From the NCBI GenBank assembly GCA_965112735.1, contig OZ218956.1:1550001-1614000 (forward strand): a stretch of 64,000 bases of DNA. Reading direction: 5' to 3'. A model generated the notes under the pieces. It saw only the letters and a program-made list of their open reading frames with translations, was not told the DNA's origin and made no database searches. The DNA comes from Phaeosaccion multiseriatum (Eukaryota > Protista > Ochrophyta, other classes). Shown here piece after piece: positions 45,246-63,481 of the stretch; within the stretch, counting starts at the first letter, position 1, and each line of letters opens with the position of its first letter. A program made the translations under genes and the position numbers.

Positions 45246-47634
45246 CAGGGGGGGGAGGACGTAGGATAGAAGTGAGAGTAGAAGAAGGAAGAAAAGACAA
45301 AAGAGGAGGGGGAAGCATGATACAAGGCAAGCAAAGGGAAGAACGTGGTAGCAATAGGCAGCGGCGGTGAGGTAGGGGATGGTAGCGCCACGACATAGGG
45401 GGTTGTAGCGACACGAGATAGGAGATGGTAGCTAGCACCACGAGATTGGGGATAGTAGCACCACGAGATAAAGGTCGGTGCTTACCTGGCCTACACGGGT
45501 CGACGTGCATGCGGTGTGTGCGCAGTGCAAACGGGCGAGAGGAGCCCGTGGGTAGTGGGGAGAGAGGCACACGCGAGGAGGACAAGGGGGGAGAGAGGGC
45601 GACGAGGGAAGGAATGAACGCACGCGCGTCAAATCCGTGCTGCATTCTGTCCAGACCAGGGGAGTGGGAAGGAAACCCAACGTCAAACCCAGCCCCTCCT
45701 CTACGCTACACCCAAGTTTCGACTCCACTCACGCACCCGAGCTGTTATTTCCCCAGCACACCACATCAGCGGTGTCCAGTATGGCACAGGTGTGCCAGTC
45801 GCCGGCCGATATCGCCACAGCCGTCCGACCCGTCCCGAGGTCGACGTCAGCCGCGGCGGTGTCGGGGGACAGCACATCGTCAGTGCTCTCCGTACCCAGC
45901 TGGCCTTCGTCCCCGCGGCCAAAGCATCTGTAGTGGAGCACAGCGAGGGAACTTGTTGGTGGCCGAAGAGATTCTTTAGTAGAGCTAACGGACACCAGGT
46001 ACTAATCATTCTGGATTGAGCGGAGGGAGGCGGACGGATTGACTTACCTGACTGCTCCATCATTGAGCCGCACACATGTGTGCTTATAGCCGACCGCGAA
46101 TTCCTCAACGGTTCGGCTTGACAGAAAGTCAAGATTGCTCAGCGCACCCATCTCGCCCGTCGCATCTCCCTCTCCGATACTCAAAACGAGGCCAGTTCCG
46201 GCCCCTCCCTCGGGGGATGCACCCCAGCAATAGGAGCCACCGGAGAAGATGGCACACTGGGTACCACCGTGCCCGTGGCTCACTGAGACGGCGGTGGTGC
46301 CTGTTTGTATCATACTGTACGTTCGAATGCAGTTGTTGGGTGGTGGGGCTCGGGGCTGAGTGTGTAGTTGTCAAATTGAGGAGAAGGAGCAGCAGGGTGA
46401 GACATGCGCTCCCTTCCTTGGGGCAGTGCTCCTAAGGAGGAAGTATGTAAAGCGCTGTGACGCATTCACTTACAGCGTGAGGTCAGGAGTGGAAAAGTCT
46501 TGGGCGCTGGAAGTCTCGATGCCGAGCTGTCCGTTGGTATTATCTCCTGTTCACATAACCGCAAAGCGAAACCACGTGTCAGAAGGCAGGGCTGGAGATG
46601 CATTAGGAAGAGACGGAGAAAGGCGTCTCTCTCTCTGTCTCTCTCTCATCTTCTCTCTCTCTTCTCTCTATCTCCATCTCTATCTCCCTCTCTCTTCTCT
46701 CTCTCTCACTCTCTCTCTCTCTCTCCCTCCCCCTCCCTCTCCCTCTCCCTCTCCCTCTCCCCCTGCCTCTCCCTCTCCCCCTCCCTCTCCCCCTCCCCCT
46801 CCCTCTCCCTCTCTCTCTCCCTCTCCCTCTCCCTCTCCCTCTCCCTCTCCCTCTCCCTCTCCCTCTCCCTCTCCCTCTCCCTCTCCCTCTCCCTCTCCCT
46901 CTCCCTCTCCCTCTCCCTCTCCCTCTCCCTCTCCCTCTCCCTCTCCCTCTCCCTCTCCCTCTCCCTCTCCCTCTCCCTCTCCCTCTCCCTCTCCCTCTCC
47001 CTCTCCCTCTCCCTCTCCCTCTCCCTCTCCCTCTCCCTCTCCCTCTCCCCCTCCCTCTCCCTCTCCCTCTCCCTCTCCCTCCCGCTCCCTATCTCTCCCC
47101 TCTCCCTCTCCCTCCCTCTCTCCCTCCCCCCCTCCCTCTCCCTCTCCCCCTCCCTCTCCCTCTCCCTCTGCTCTGCTCTGCTCTACTCTTACGGTTGGGG
47201 GCTCGGTATTACACACATTCAAGTCGTAGGAGCCCCCCATGAAAGGAAATGGGACCGAACTTACCCCAGCAGAAAATCGACCCATCGCCGTAGGACGCAC
47301 ACGTATGATAGGCGCCCCCTCCAATCGAAGAGGGCGTCTCCCCGCTGATCGAGGTGGGGAGCTGAACACGGGTCATCGAGCCGCTTACCTCCCCAGCATT
47401 ATCTCCGATGTTGGAGGACCCATCGAAGCCAAGGGTGCCGTCACTTGTTTCCTGGCCCCAGCAGGTCACTTCGTCGTTGAACAAGAAGCATGTGTGTTGA
47501 TCGCCAGTGTGGCAAGCCGCCGGGGCGGTGATTGCACTGCCTGCCGCAAATCTCTTGGGAAGCAGCAGGAGACACATCCATACTCGAATCATTAGCCTCT
47601 GATGCACCATTTTCGGTTGCTGTCTACTAAACAT
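41636..47634 (-). CDS. Type I membrane protein with RCC1 propeller, PT stalk and TM helix, copy C (most diverged propeller)
   Basis: Same exon structure as copy B with an intact frame; 5-nt exon 45490-45486; stalk exons 43833-43786 through 43069-43022. Confidence 0.85.
46735..47170. repeat. (CCCTCT)n hexamer expansion specific to intron 1 of copy C
   Basis: Directly visible; copies A and B carry only (CT)n here. Confidence 0.9.
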
Positions 47635-47996
47635 GGCTCTCAATGCTCACGCAGCCCGCCTATCCTATGGTGATGGCGTCCACTCTCGTGTTACCCCATC
47701 TGCTATGCTGCGCAGCCTAAAACCCTTTTTTTACGCGATCCTTGTCCGAACACATCCTCCCTCCTATACAACATGTTGCTTGTGCCCCCCCCCCAGGTAA
47801 GGAGATCGAAAATGAAACTGTAGCTCCGACGGCGGTGTAACCCTCCGTTCTATTTTTTACTTCATTTTTTGGCAAAACACACACTGAAAGCACCCCCAGA
47901 GGACACACACACACGCCGGAGGGGGGTTCTGTCTGGGCACCTCGCTCCATTCTTCGCCCGTTCTCTGTCTCGACGTGCTCCCATTTTCTGCTCTCT

Positions 47997-54371
<6,375 letters not shown>

Positions 54372-54621
54372 TGTGATCCTTTGGGAGCGGGACGTCAAGG
54401 GCCCTCTTCCCTCCCTTTATATCAACTTTCCAGCCACTTTTCTGCAAGAAAGCCTCGGTACTTAGCTCCCCCCTTGCCCTCTCGTCAAAGCACAGCTGCA
54501 GCGTACCAACCCCACTCTTATAATCGCTTTCTTATCTGCCTGGTGGGGTATGTAAGCAGGGGCGCGTGAGCTGAAACTCGAAATTCTCTCTCCTTTACCC
54601 TCTGCACAACCTTGACGATTG
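54372..54621. promoter_or_regulatory. Probable compact bidirectional promoter (PFKFB and CRIPT)
   Basis: Only 250 bp between divergent ATGs. Positional inference. Confidence 0.45.
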
Positions 54622-55026
54622 ATGGTGTGTGAAAAATGCGAGTCGAAGCTGGAGAAGGGGAGCTTGTGCGTCCCCGATAAGTGGAAGGATGGGGCCTTTA
54701 ACACCAACGTGGATGCCAAAGGCGGCCGCTCATCAGCTGCCAGGGGGGGGGCAGGAGGGGCTTCGTCGTCTGGCGGGGGCAGACAAGTGGGCGCTACGAA
54801 CATGCTGCTGAAGCACGGGCCGCAGAAGAAACTCAAGGGCAGCGCTTCCCGTAAGCACGACCCCATTGGCGTTGCTCCGCTGGACAGGAAGTGCCGCATC
54901 TGCAAGAGCACAACGGGCAAAAAGGAGTACTATTACTGTCAAGGCTGCGCCTACCAAAAGGGGATATGCGCCATGTGCGGTCGGAAGGTGCAGGACGTTA
55001 AGAATCGCAACATGAGTGCCAAGTGA
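54622..55026 (+). CDS. CRIPT: Cysteine-rich PDZ-binding protein (CRIPT), intronless
   Basis: MVCEKCESKL..PDKWKDGA..GGR..CRICKS..YCQGCAYQKGICAMCGRKV matches the CRIPT family signature. Confidence 0.92.
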   Translation: MVCEKCESKLEKGSLCVPDKWKDGAFNTNVDAKGGRSSAARGGAGGASSSGGGRQVGATNMLLKHGPQKKLKGSASRKHDPIGVAPLDRKCRICKSTTGKKEYYYCQGCAYQKGICAMCGRKVQDVKNRNMSAK

Positions 55027-57047
55027 AAGAAAATCATGAAAGGAGGAAACAAAGGAGGAGGGGGGCTTGGGGGGGGCGGCGGAGGAGGGCTCGCCTTCTC
55101 TCACTGCTTGCTTCTTGTACGGTGTGTGGGCATTCTCGAGGGCACAGCGGCAGCAGAAGCATATGAGCATACCCTTGTAGTGGTAGAGAGGGCGCGAGAG
55201 CAAGCGGGCGGGAGGGGGGGGTGGGGGGCATTGCGTCCTCTGTTTGGTCCTCGCAGCCCTTCAAAAACGCTACGATACCAGCACCTAGCAGCAGCACGAG
55301 GGGGAAGAAGATACCCTCCCCCCCCCCCCTTTGTCCCTCTAGCGACGAATGATTCCATCGAGGTGGAGACCCTCTCCTCTCCGAGAGGGTCGAAGCGGGT
55401 CGGAGAGGAGCAGAGGTCGCTCGTACGGCAGAACACAGTCCATCCTGACCCATGAGCCTCGTATTTTTGCCCCGCGAACGTTGCTATGTAAGCCACGCTG
55501 TACGCCCACATACCTCTGGAGCTGGTGATGGAAGCTCGGGGGGCAGCGCCTTCGTGGTGCGCTCCGCACTGCAAGCACAATATTCCCACGAGGACGGCGG
55601 CAGACACAACCCAACCACAGTGGGGATCGAGCGGCTCTTGTTTCGTAGAGGGCAGGAGGTGACATATCACAACTGGCACCGACGTACAACAATGTGCGTG
55701 CGGCATGGGGGCAGTGGACGAGGGCTTCGGCTTTGCTTCATGCCGTGTGGGGGAGGGTGGAGGTGAAGTGGACGGGGGACGAACAACGCCGGACCCTTAG
55801 CCAACCCCCACCCCTGGGACCTTTGCGTGTGTGCGTGTGTGCGTGCGTGCGTTCGTCGTGCCGGAGAAGCTCAACGCGGGGTCCCTTCGCTTCTCGAGGC
55901 TTGAGGATTGAGGCGTTGAAACCCATCTGCCTGCCTGGTGCTCTGCCGCAGTGTATGACACGACTTGAGTTGTAGTAGCAGCAGGCGAGGAGGTGGGGAG
56001 TGAGGGCGAGCCGAGGAAGGCCGAGGCGAGAGGGAAGGAGAACCACCCTGCTGACTTGACTGGCTGAGTCGGACGTGGCCGACGAACGAGCGGGCCGAGC
56101 TTGCACGGGCCGACGAACGAAACGAAGGGAAGGACCAGAACCGCGTGGTGCTGCAAGCCAGTCGAGAGGGGTTGTGAGCTGTTTGAGCAAGGCATCTGGA
56201 TTATCTGCATGTTGGCACTCTACAGCACTTAAGAAGAAGCCTGATTGGCTTTGTCCCCTCCGCTCCCTCCAGCATGCCTGACCCCCTTGCCAAGCCCTGT
56301 GCTCATGTTGAAGAGCTGCTGGCGTATGGTGTGGTCTGGGGGATGAGAGAGTAAAATGTGCCGTCAGAGAGAGAGAGAGAGGAAGAGAGAGGAGGAGGAG
56401 GAGGAGGAGGAGGAGGAGGGCAGAAGAAGGAAGCAGCAGCTGCGAGTTCGACAAGGGGGAAATTTCGCTCTTCCACTCATACAATAGTATTCGTTTTAAT
56501 TCGAATTAATTACTGCTATGGGTTAGAGTCAGTACGGCAGAGGAGGAGGCTGAGTTCGCTGAGCAAGCCTTGCTGTTCTGCGCTGCTAAGACACTCATCC
56601 TCCCAAGCCAAAGCCTGGACACTCAACACTTAACTCCCCCGTGATTCCTATTCAGTCAATAAATTTGAAGCGAAATACACATGAAAGCCTTGCAGCGTCA
56701 TCTGTCGGCCGCCTGCATACCGTACGGTACCTCTCAGCTCCATGCTACACGCACTCCTCCGTAACCTGATATGATATGATATGATATGATAGTACACACC
56801 CAAAAAAAAAAACGACCCACCCACCCCACACCTCCCTCCTCCCCTTCCCCACTATGATACAAACCTTCAATCCTTCCTCTGTCGCCCGCCTCTACATTTC
56901 TTAGGTTGACTCCTACACGACTGTTGGGATCACCTACTGTATTGCTTTTATACACAACACAACCACAACCACCAACTAATAACAGTAACAAAAGTAATAC
57001 AAATCGTACACACACCATTACCCCCATTCCTTCCCCTTCCTCCCGTC

Positions 57048-60000
57048 CTAAGGTAACCCCCTCCTCGAACGCGTTTTCTGCTCCCAGGCGCTGTCGTGGC
57101 GGGCCACAAAGTCCGTTCCCCAGGGCCCGTCCACGAGGTAGTCCTCGTCCCTGGAGGAAGACAGGATGAGGTCCCTGTCCCTCACAATGGGCTTGCCTTG
57201 GCTGTCGTGCTTCAGCCGCTGCGTCTCTCCCATGACTCCGCTCCACGTCTCTACACCCACGTCGTTGGGCCTGTGGATGAAGCTCACATCGAGCACGTGT
57301 GCCTCGCACCGCTCCACCTCCTGGCGGTAGTCCACCTGGAAGGAGTACGTGTCGGTGAAGATGTACACACTCGCCCACGAGCCGGGCTCGTTATAGAGGT
57401 TTCTCGACAGGCGCTTGTCCGCGATCCACGCCTCGCAGAGGGCTCTGTCCTCCATCTCGCTCAAACGATACTCCACGGCCATGAGAGCCTTGAGGTCGTC
57501 ATCCACTGCCATCTCCGAGAGGCGGCGAGAGGTCTTGAGCCTCTCGGCCTCGTTGAGCTCCTCCATCATGTGGAGGTCGCGCTTGAGCTGGCAGGGGCCA
57601 AAGGCATTGAAGGCCATGACGGTGCCGCCGTTGGCCATGCTGTAGAGCCCCGGTTTGACAATCTGCTTGCCCTCGATGGAGAGCCTCAGAGAGCCGTAGC
57701 CCAGGATTTGCTCGGAGCGAGGGGAGCTTTCCTCACCGGGAATGTAGTCCGGGTTGTACTTGTCCACGTCGATGACCTCCACCTCCACCCGCGACTCCGC
57801 CACATCGTCCGAGGCGGGGAAGGTGAAGGCGGTGCTTGTCACGTAGGTCTGAGGGCAAGCGAGCGTGTTTGCGTGTGAGTGTAGTGTAAAGGGAAGAAGA
57901 ATAATCGTACGGCGTGCGCGCTTCAACCGCACAATCACCAAAACCAAGGGAAAAGGCCATCGGCAGCAAGTGCTTTGCGCCCCCAATGCAACCCCATGTT
58001 AAACCCCCCTTACTCCGTACTCACTGGCATGGCGCCGTCCTCACAGGTTGGGAAGAGGTGGAGTCTCCAGTTCCACTGGAGATGCTTCTCGGCCAGGGCG
58101 GCGAACCAGGCGTTGAACCCCTTGAAGAGGAAGATCTGGCGCCTGAAGCCCATCACCATAGGGTCACCTTCGGCGATTTCGGCTGAGTAGGAAGGCCCAA
58201 AGGAAGAGACGGAGGGGGAGGGGGATTACAGAAGGTTGGGGGGTGAACGGTGACGGAGGGAGGGGAGAAGAGATCACAAGAACGATGGTGATGAGACGCA
58301 AAAAGAGGATAAGCCACAAGCACACGAGCATGAGCGCCTTCGGTGCCCACCAACGCCCCACCACGGAAACCTCTCCGGAGAGGGACAAGAGAGAGAACGT
58401 GCATGACAAGAGATGAGGTAGTACGAAAAAAAAAAGTATAGAGTGTTTGTGTGCGTGTGCGTGTGTAGATGGTGTGTGTGTGCGCGTGTGTACGTATGGG
58501 TGGGCGTGGGTGTGTGTTGTGTTGGAAGGAAAAGCCTCCCCATTCATCCCCCACTTCCTTTGGCACTCACGGCATGTGGTGATGCTGCTCGGGCTGTTTG
58601 TCGTTGTTGGGTCATGCATGCACGTATCGGGCACAAGCACAACCGGCAAAGGAGGAAGAGACACCGGGTGGGAGCGGAGCGACGAGGACGACGAGGAGGA
58701 GGAGGAGGAGGAGGAGGAGGAGGAGGAGGAGGAGGAGGAGGAGGAGGAGGAGGAGGAGTTGAACATGAGTGTGGAAATAGTGAAAACGTTGTGCATATTC
58801 GACCTCACTGGATCCTCAGGTGTATATCACAAACGGGGGATGGGCGTCCCACAGAAGTCACAGAACAGAGGTCATCGCGACATGGGGAGGGGTGGATTGG
58901 GTGACCAGTATCTTCCTTCTTGCCATCACTCCCTCCCTCCCTCCCTCCCTCCCTCCCTCCCTCCTTCCCTGCCTCCCTCCCTCCCTCCCCTCCCTCCCTC
59001 CCTCCCTCGCTCCCTCCCCTCTCTCCCCCTTCCCTGCCTCCCTCCCTCCCTCCCCTCCCTCCCTCCCTCCCTCGCTCCCTCCCCTCTCTCCCTCCCTCCT
59101 TCATTCACTCACTCACCAAGCGTTGGCGGTGACTGAGATACAGCACGTATTATCATTGGCATCGGCAGTCTGTGTTTTTGTGAGGCGCGAGGCGGAGGGA
59201 GCAAGAGGACGGGGGAGGACGCAGACAGCAGGCGCTCGGTGATGGAAAGACGGGGGGCGGAAAGAAGCCTCAAGCTAGCTGTAGCAAGCCTAGGTGTGAC
59301 CTCTCTCAGACGACACTCTCAGTTACCAGCCAGGCTCCCCGGGCGGTTGACATGAAGGGGCTAATATCCTAAACTGAGACTCACCGTAACGCCCGTCCAC
59401 GTGTCACCGGCTGCAGGATCGCAGGCCGTGCCGCTGCACGACACCTGAGCATTCTCGGAGAGCAGCACTCCCTGAGGATGGCAGTGGATGGAGGGGGAGA
59501 GGGTTGAGTTTCTGGATTTACAGTTGTGTGGACTGGCTGCTTCAGGAGGGTGAGTGAGTGAGTGAGTGAGTGAGTGAGCAAATCTGCCCGAGACGCACGA
59601 CACAAAAAGCGGGTCCGAGTGGGTAGTGCTGAGCTCAGCAGACAATGCCAAAGGCTCGCTCAGCATGTATGTGGACAAGCAGCCAGCCCGCAAGCACGCA
59701 AACTCTCCCTCCTTACTTCACAGGCTTGGTCAACGTCGCAGGAGACCTCCGAAGAGCCTGAGAATTGCGAGAGCTTTGAGCCACGTGTGTGTAGAGGGAG
59801 AGAGAGAGAGGAAGAGAGGGTGTGTGCGGAAGAGGGTGAGGGAGAGAGAGGCAGGAAGAGAGAGTGTATGTGGTAGAGAGGGAGAGGAGGGACAGGGAGG
59901 GAGAGAGAGATGGGGATGGAGAGAAAGACAGAGGGACAGAGAGATGGGGATGGAGAGAAAGACAGAGGGAGAGAGAGAGAGCGCGAGACAAGAGAGAGGG

Positions 60001-63000
60001 CGAGAGGAGAGAGGTAAGAGAGAGGGCGAGAGGAGAGAGGTAAGAGAGAGGGCGAGAGGAGAGAGGTAAGAGAGAGGGCGAGAGGAGAGAGGTAAGAGAG
60101 AGGGCGAGAGCAGAGAGGTAAGAGAGAGGGCGAGAGGAGAGAGGTAAGAGAGAGGGCGAGAGGAGAGAGGTAAGAGAGAGGGCGAGAGGAGAGAGGGCGA
60201 GAGGAGAGAGGTAAGAGAGAGGGCGAGAGGAGAGAGGTAAGAGAGAGGGCGAGAGGAGAGAGGTAAGAGAGAGGGCGAGAGCAGAGAGGTAAGAGAGAGG
60301 GCGAGAGGAGAGAGGTAAGAGAGAGGGCGAGAGGAGAGAGGTAAGAGAGAGGGCGAGAGCAGAGAGGTAAGAGAGAGGGCGAGAGGAGAGAGGTAAGAGA
60401 GAGGGCGAGAGGAGAGAGGTAATAGAGAGGGCGAGAGGAGAGAGGTAAGAGAGAGGGCGAGAGGAGAGAGGTAAGAGAGAGGGCGAGAGGAGAGAGGTAA
60501 GAGAGAGGGCGAGAGGAGAGAGGTAAGAGAGAGGGCGAGAGGAGAGAGGTAAGAGAGAGGGCGAGAGGAGAGAGGTAAGAGAGAGGGCGAGAGGAGAGAG
60601 GTAAGAGAGAGGGCGAGAGGAGAGAGGTAAGAGAGAGGGCGAGAGGAGAGGTAAGAGAGAGGGCGAGAGGGGAGAGGTAAGAGAGAGGGCGAGAGGAGAG
60701 AGGTAAGAGAGAGGGCGAGAGGAGAGAGGTAAGAGAGAGGGCGAGAGGAGAGAGGTAAGAGAGAGGGCGAGAGGAGAGAGGTAAGAGAGAGGGCGAGAGG
60801 AGAGAGGTAAGAGAGAGGGCGAGAGGAGAGAGGTAAGAGAGAAGGCGAGAGGAGAGAGGTAAGAGAGAGGGCGAGAGGAGAGAGGTAAGAGAGAGGGCGA
60901 GAGGAGAGAGGTAAGAGAGAGGGCGAGAGGAGAGAGGTAAGAGAGAGGGCGAGAGGAGAGAGGTAAGAGAGAGGGCGAGAGGGGAGAGGTAAGAGAGAGG
61001 GCGAGAGGAGAGAGGTAAGAGAGAGGGCGAGAGGAGAGAGGTAAGAGAGAGGGCGAGAGGAGAGAGGTAAGAGAGAGGGCGAGAGGAGACAGGTAAGAGA
61101 GAGGGCGAGAGGAGAGAGGTAAGAGGGATAGAGCGCAGAGACATGGATGGAGAGAGAGGGCACGAACAAGTGCAGATACCATGGTGCCAGAGCCAGCAGC
61201 AAGAGCGGGTGATATGCGAATGGATGTAGCGGGACACTCACCACCTCCCTCACCGACTCACTCACACCCGGTTCACTCACCCACTCACTGCCTCCCTCAC
61301 TCACTCACTCACTGCCCCCCTCACTCCCGCCCTCACGAAGTTTTAACTCACCCTACAGGCCTCGGAGAATGTGCAGTGTGCTTCGGACAGGGCAGAGAAG
61401 TTCGCCTCCTGAGATTGGATGGCAGTGGATGGCAGGGAATGGCAGCAAAGGGATGGAGAGTGAAAGAAGAGGGAGGGCAGGAAGTGTGTGTGTGCGGCAA
61501 ACGGATGGAGAGCGAAAGCGAAAGATAGGGGTGAACGGGATGAGAAAACTGAAGCTTCGTAAAATGGACACGAAACAGCAAAGCAAACTCACCTGGCAGG
61601 CGTTAGCTGCATCCGAGCAGGTGGCCTTCGAAGAGCCGGAGAATGAAGCGAGCTAACCAACACCGAGAATGCATGTATGCATGAGAGTTGAGAGGAACAA
61701 GAGCACGACACCGGTCGGGTTATAAGGATTAGTACGTACCGATGTAGGTAGCAGCCTGCCTGCCCACCCCGTCATCTCTGCAGCACCCACCTTACACGAC
61801 AAAGTGGCGGTGCATTCCGCGGATGACATACCAAAAAAGTTCGCCAGCTACAGTATCATGAGGAAGGGAGGGAGGGAGGGAATGGCAAAATAGATTGAAC
61901 GGCGCAAGGGACGGGGGGAGGGCACAACAACGGACTGTGGGTCATGTAAGCTTACCCATGGCCTTGCTTCACTCATCAGCCCACGGGAGGTAGCGCAGTC
62001 ACACACTCAGTCAATCAGTCAGTCAGTCAGCCAGTCAGTCAGTCAGTCAGTCAGTCCGTCCGTCAGTCAGTCAGTCCGTCAGTCAGTCACTCAGTCAGTC
62101 ACTCACTCAGTCTGTCATAGCTACCGCTTCCCTCACCTCGCAAGCATTCTCCACCGAGCAGGTCGCTTTTGAGGTACCCTCGAAGTTCGCCTCCTAAGAT
62201 GGGACGGCGGGGAATGGCAAAGGAATGGAGAGCGAAAGAAGAGGCATGGCAGGCAGGGAATGGCAAACAGATGGAGAGCGAACAGGGAGGGATGGCAGGA
62301 ATGGCGAACAGATGGGGGCAGCATTCGGATGGAGAGCGAAAGACAGAGGTGAGAGAAGAGAGGACAAGATAAGGACGGCAGTGGACGGAATGGGGCGATA
62401 GAGCGAGGGGAGCAACAGACAAGGGAGAGATCAGAGTGGGTACGCACGAAGGGATGGGTCGTAGGTGGCCGTAGTTGGTTGTTGCTGTTGGGTGAGGGGA
62501 CAAAGACTGAGTCACAGACTAAACAATTACGCCACCCCCAGCCAATGCAAGGCCAGTCTGAGTATCTGCGCCGTTGGTTACACGCACCACAACTTGTCTC
62601 CGCGAGGCCACTCACCTTACAAGCGGCGAAACCAGTGCAAGCGACATCACAGTTCTGGCGCGACAGGGCAAAGCGAGACAGATGGAGGGGAGGGAGAGGG
62701 AAGGGAAGGGGGGACAGGGCGGAGTGGGAGTGAAAGTGGTGCGCAGCCGGAGAGCGTGAGTGAGTGACGTGTGCGGTCGCGCGTGTCTGTGTCCGAGCAA
62801 TGATACGGCAAACAGAGCACAAGATGAAGAAGGAAGGTGGTGGTGGGACGAGGGGAGCGAGGGGGGGGGGGAGGGGAAGGGCAGCCTCCGTTGCACGGGA
62901 GGGGAGTGACGGTCCTGGCTTGAACGGGGGCGTGGTCTGTCACTTACCACAAAGTTGATGCCCTGACGAGAGAGAGAGAGAGAGAGAGAGAGTATGGCAA

Positions 63001-63481
63001 CAAGGAAGGTGGGCGCAGCAGCAAGGGGGAGATGGGAAGGGAAGCAGGGAGGAGTGGGAATGGCAGGTTGAGCTCAGCAGGTCTGTGCAGTAGTGAGCGC
63101 CGAAGGAAGAGACGTCCGACAGCCGCACTCAGGGGTCCAGCAAGCAGTCACAACAGGAAGGAGACACCTGCTGGCCTTCCATCCTTCCTTCCTTCCTGCA
63201 CTCCCTTCTTCCTTCCCCCCCTCCCTCCCTCCCTCCCTCCCTCGCCTCTTCCATCCCTCCTTTCCTCCCGGCGCCCCAACACACGAGAGGGTGGCGGGCG
63301 GCAGCGATGCCACAGCAGCGATGACAGTCACATAGCACATAAGATACACCCCTACTCACCACGCATTTGTTTCCAGTGCTATTCGGATCCAGCGAATCAA
63401 AGTCACATGTGATGGGGTTGCCCGTACACGTGCACATGTTCAAACTCCCGTCGTACGCAGCGCAAGCACTCGTATCAAAGT
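57048..63481 (-). CDS. Probable secreted or surface protein with Cys-rich ~19-aa repeats and a GDPM-initiated vWD/root-cap-like C-terminal domain; 5' part unresolved or outside the window
   Basis: In-frame exons 63481-63360, 62962-62948, 62654-62616, 62193-62137, 61847-61791, 61652-61593, 61408-61352, 59773-59717, 59471-59385, 59169-59117, 58593-58571, 58182-58025 and 57848-57048. Contains EGDPMVMGFRRQIFLFKG. Confidence 0.7.
59992..61123. repeat. 26-bp minisatellite, ~43 copies (GAGAGAGGGCGAGAGGAGAGAGGTAA), intronic
   Basis: Period of 26 directly visible (CGAG at 60001 and 60027); lies between exons 61352 and 59773. Confidence 0.95.

Larger units (their letters stand above)
29335..47840. repeat. 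Tandem triplication of a ~6.0-6.7 kb gene-containing unit
   Basis: Near-identical exons and introns in three copies; stop codons at 29342, 35401 and 41636; ATGs at 34928, 40913 and 47634. Confidence 0.95.

Noticed and set aside
29342-47634. Diversity-generating retroelement as the source of receptor variation
   Set aside because: No reverse transcriptase or template repeat in the window, and the changes do not appear adenine-specific.
55036-56700. ORFs of 130-250 aa downstream of CRIPT
   Set aside because: No recognisable motifs or coherent splice structure. A diverged gene cannot be excluded.
57096-57878. 260-aa plus-strand ORF
   Set aside because: Antisense shadow of the GC-rich terminal exon on the minus strand.
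59660-61304. Three overlapping ~500-aa Leu/Ser/Pro ORFs
   Set aside because: Artefact of a stop-free 26-bp minisatellite inside an intron.
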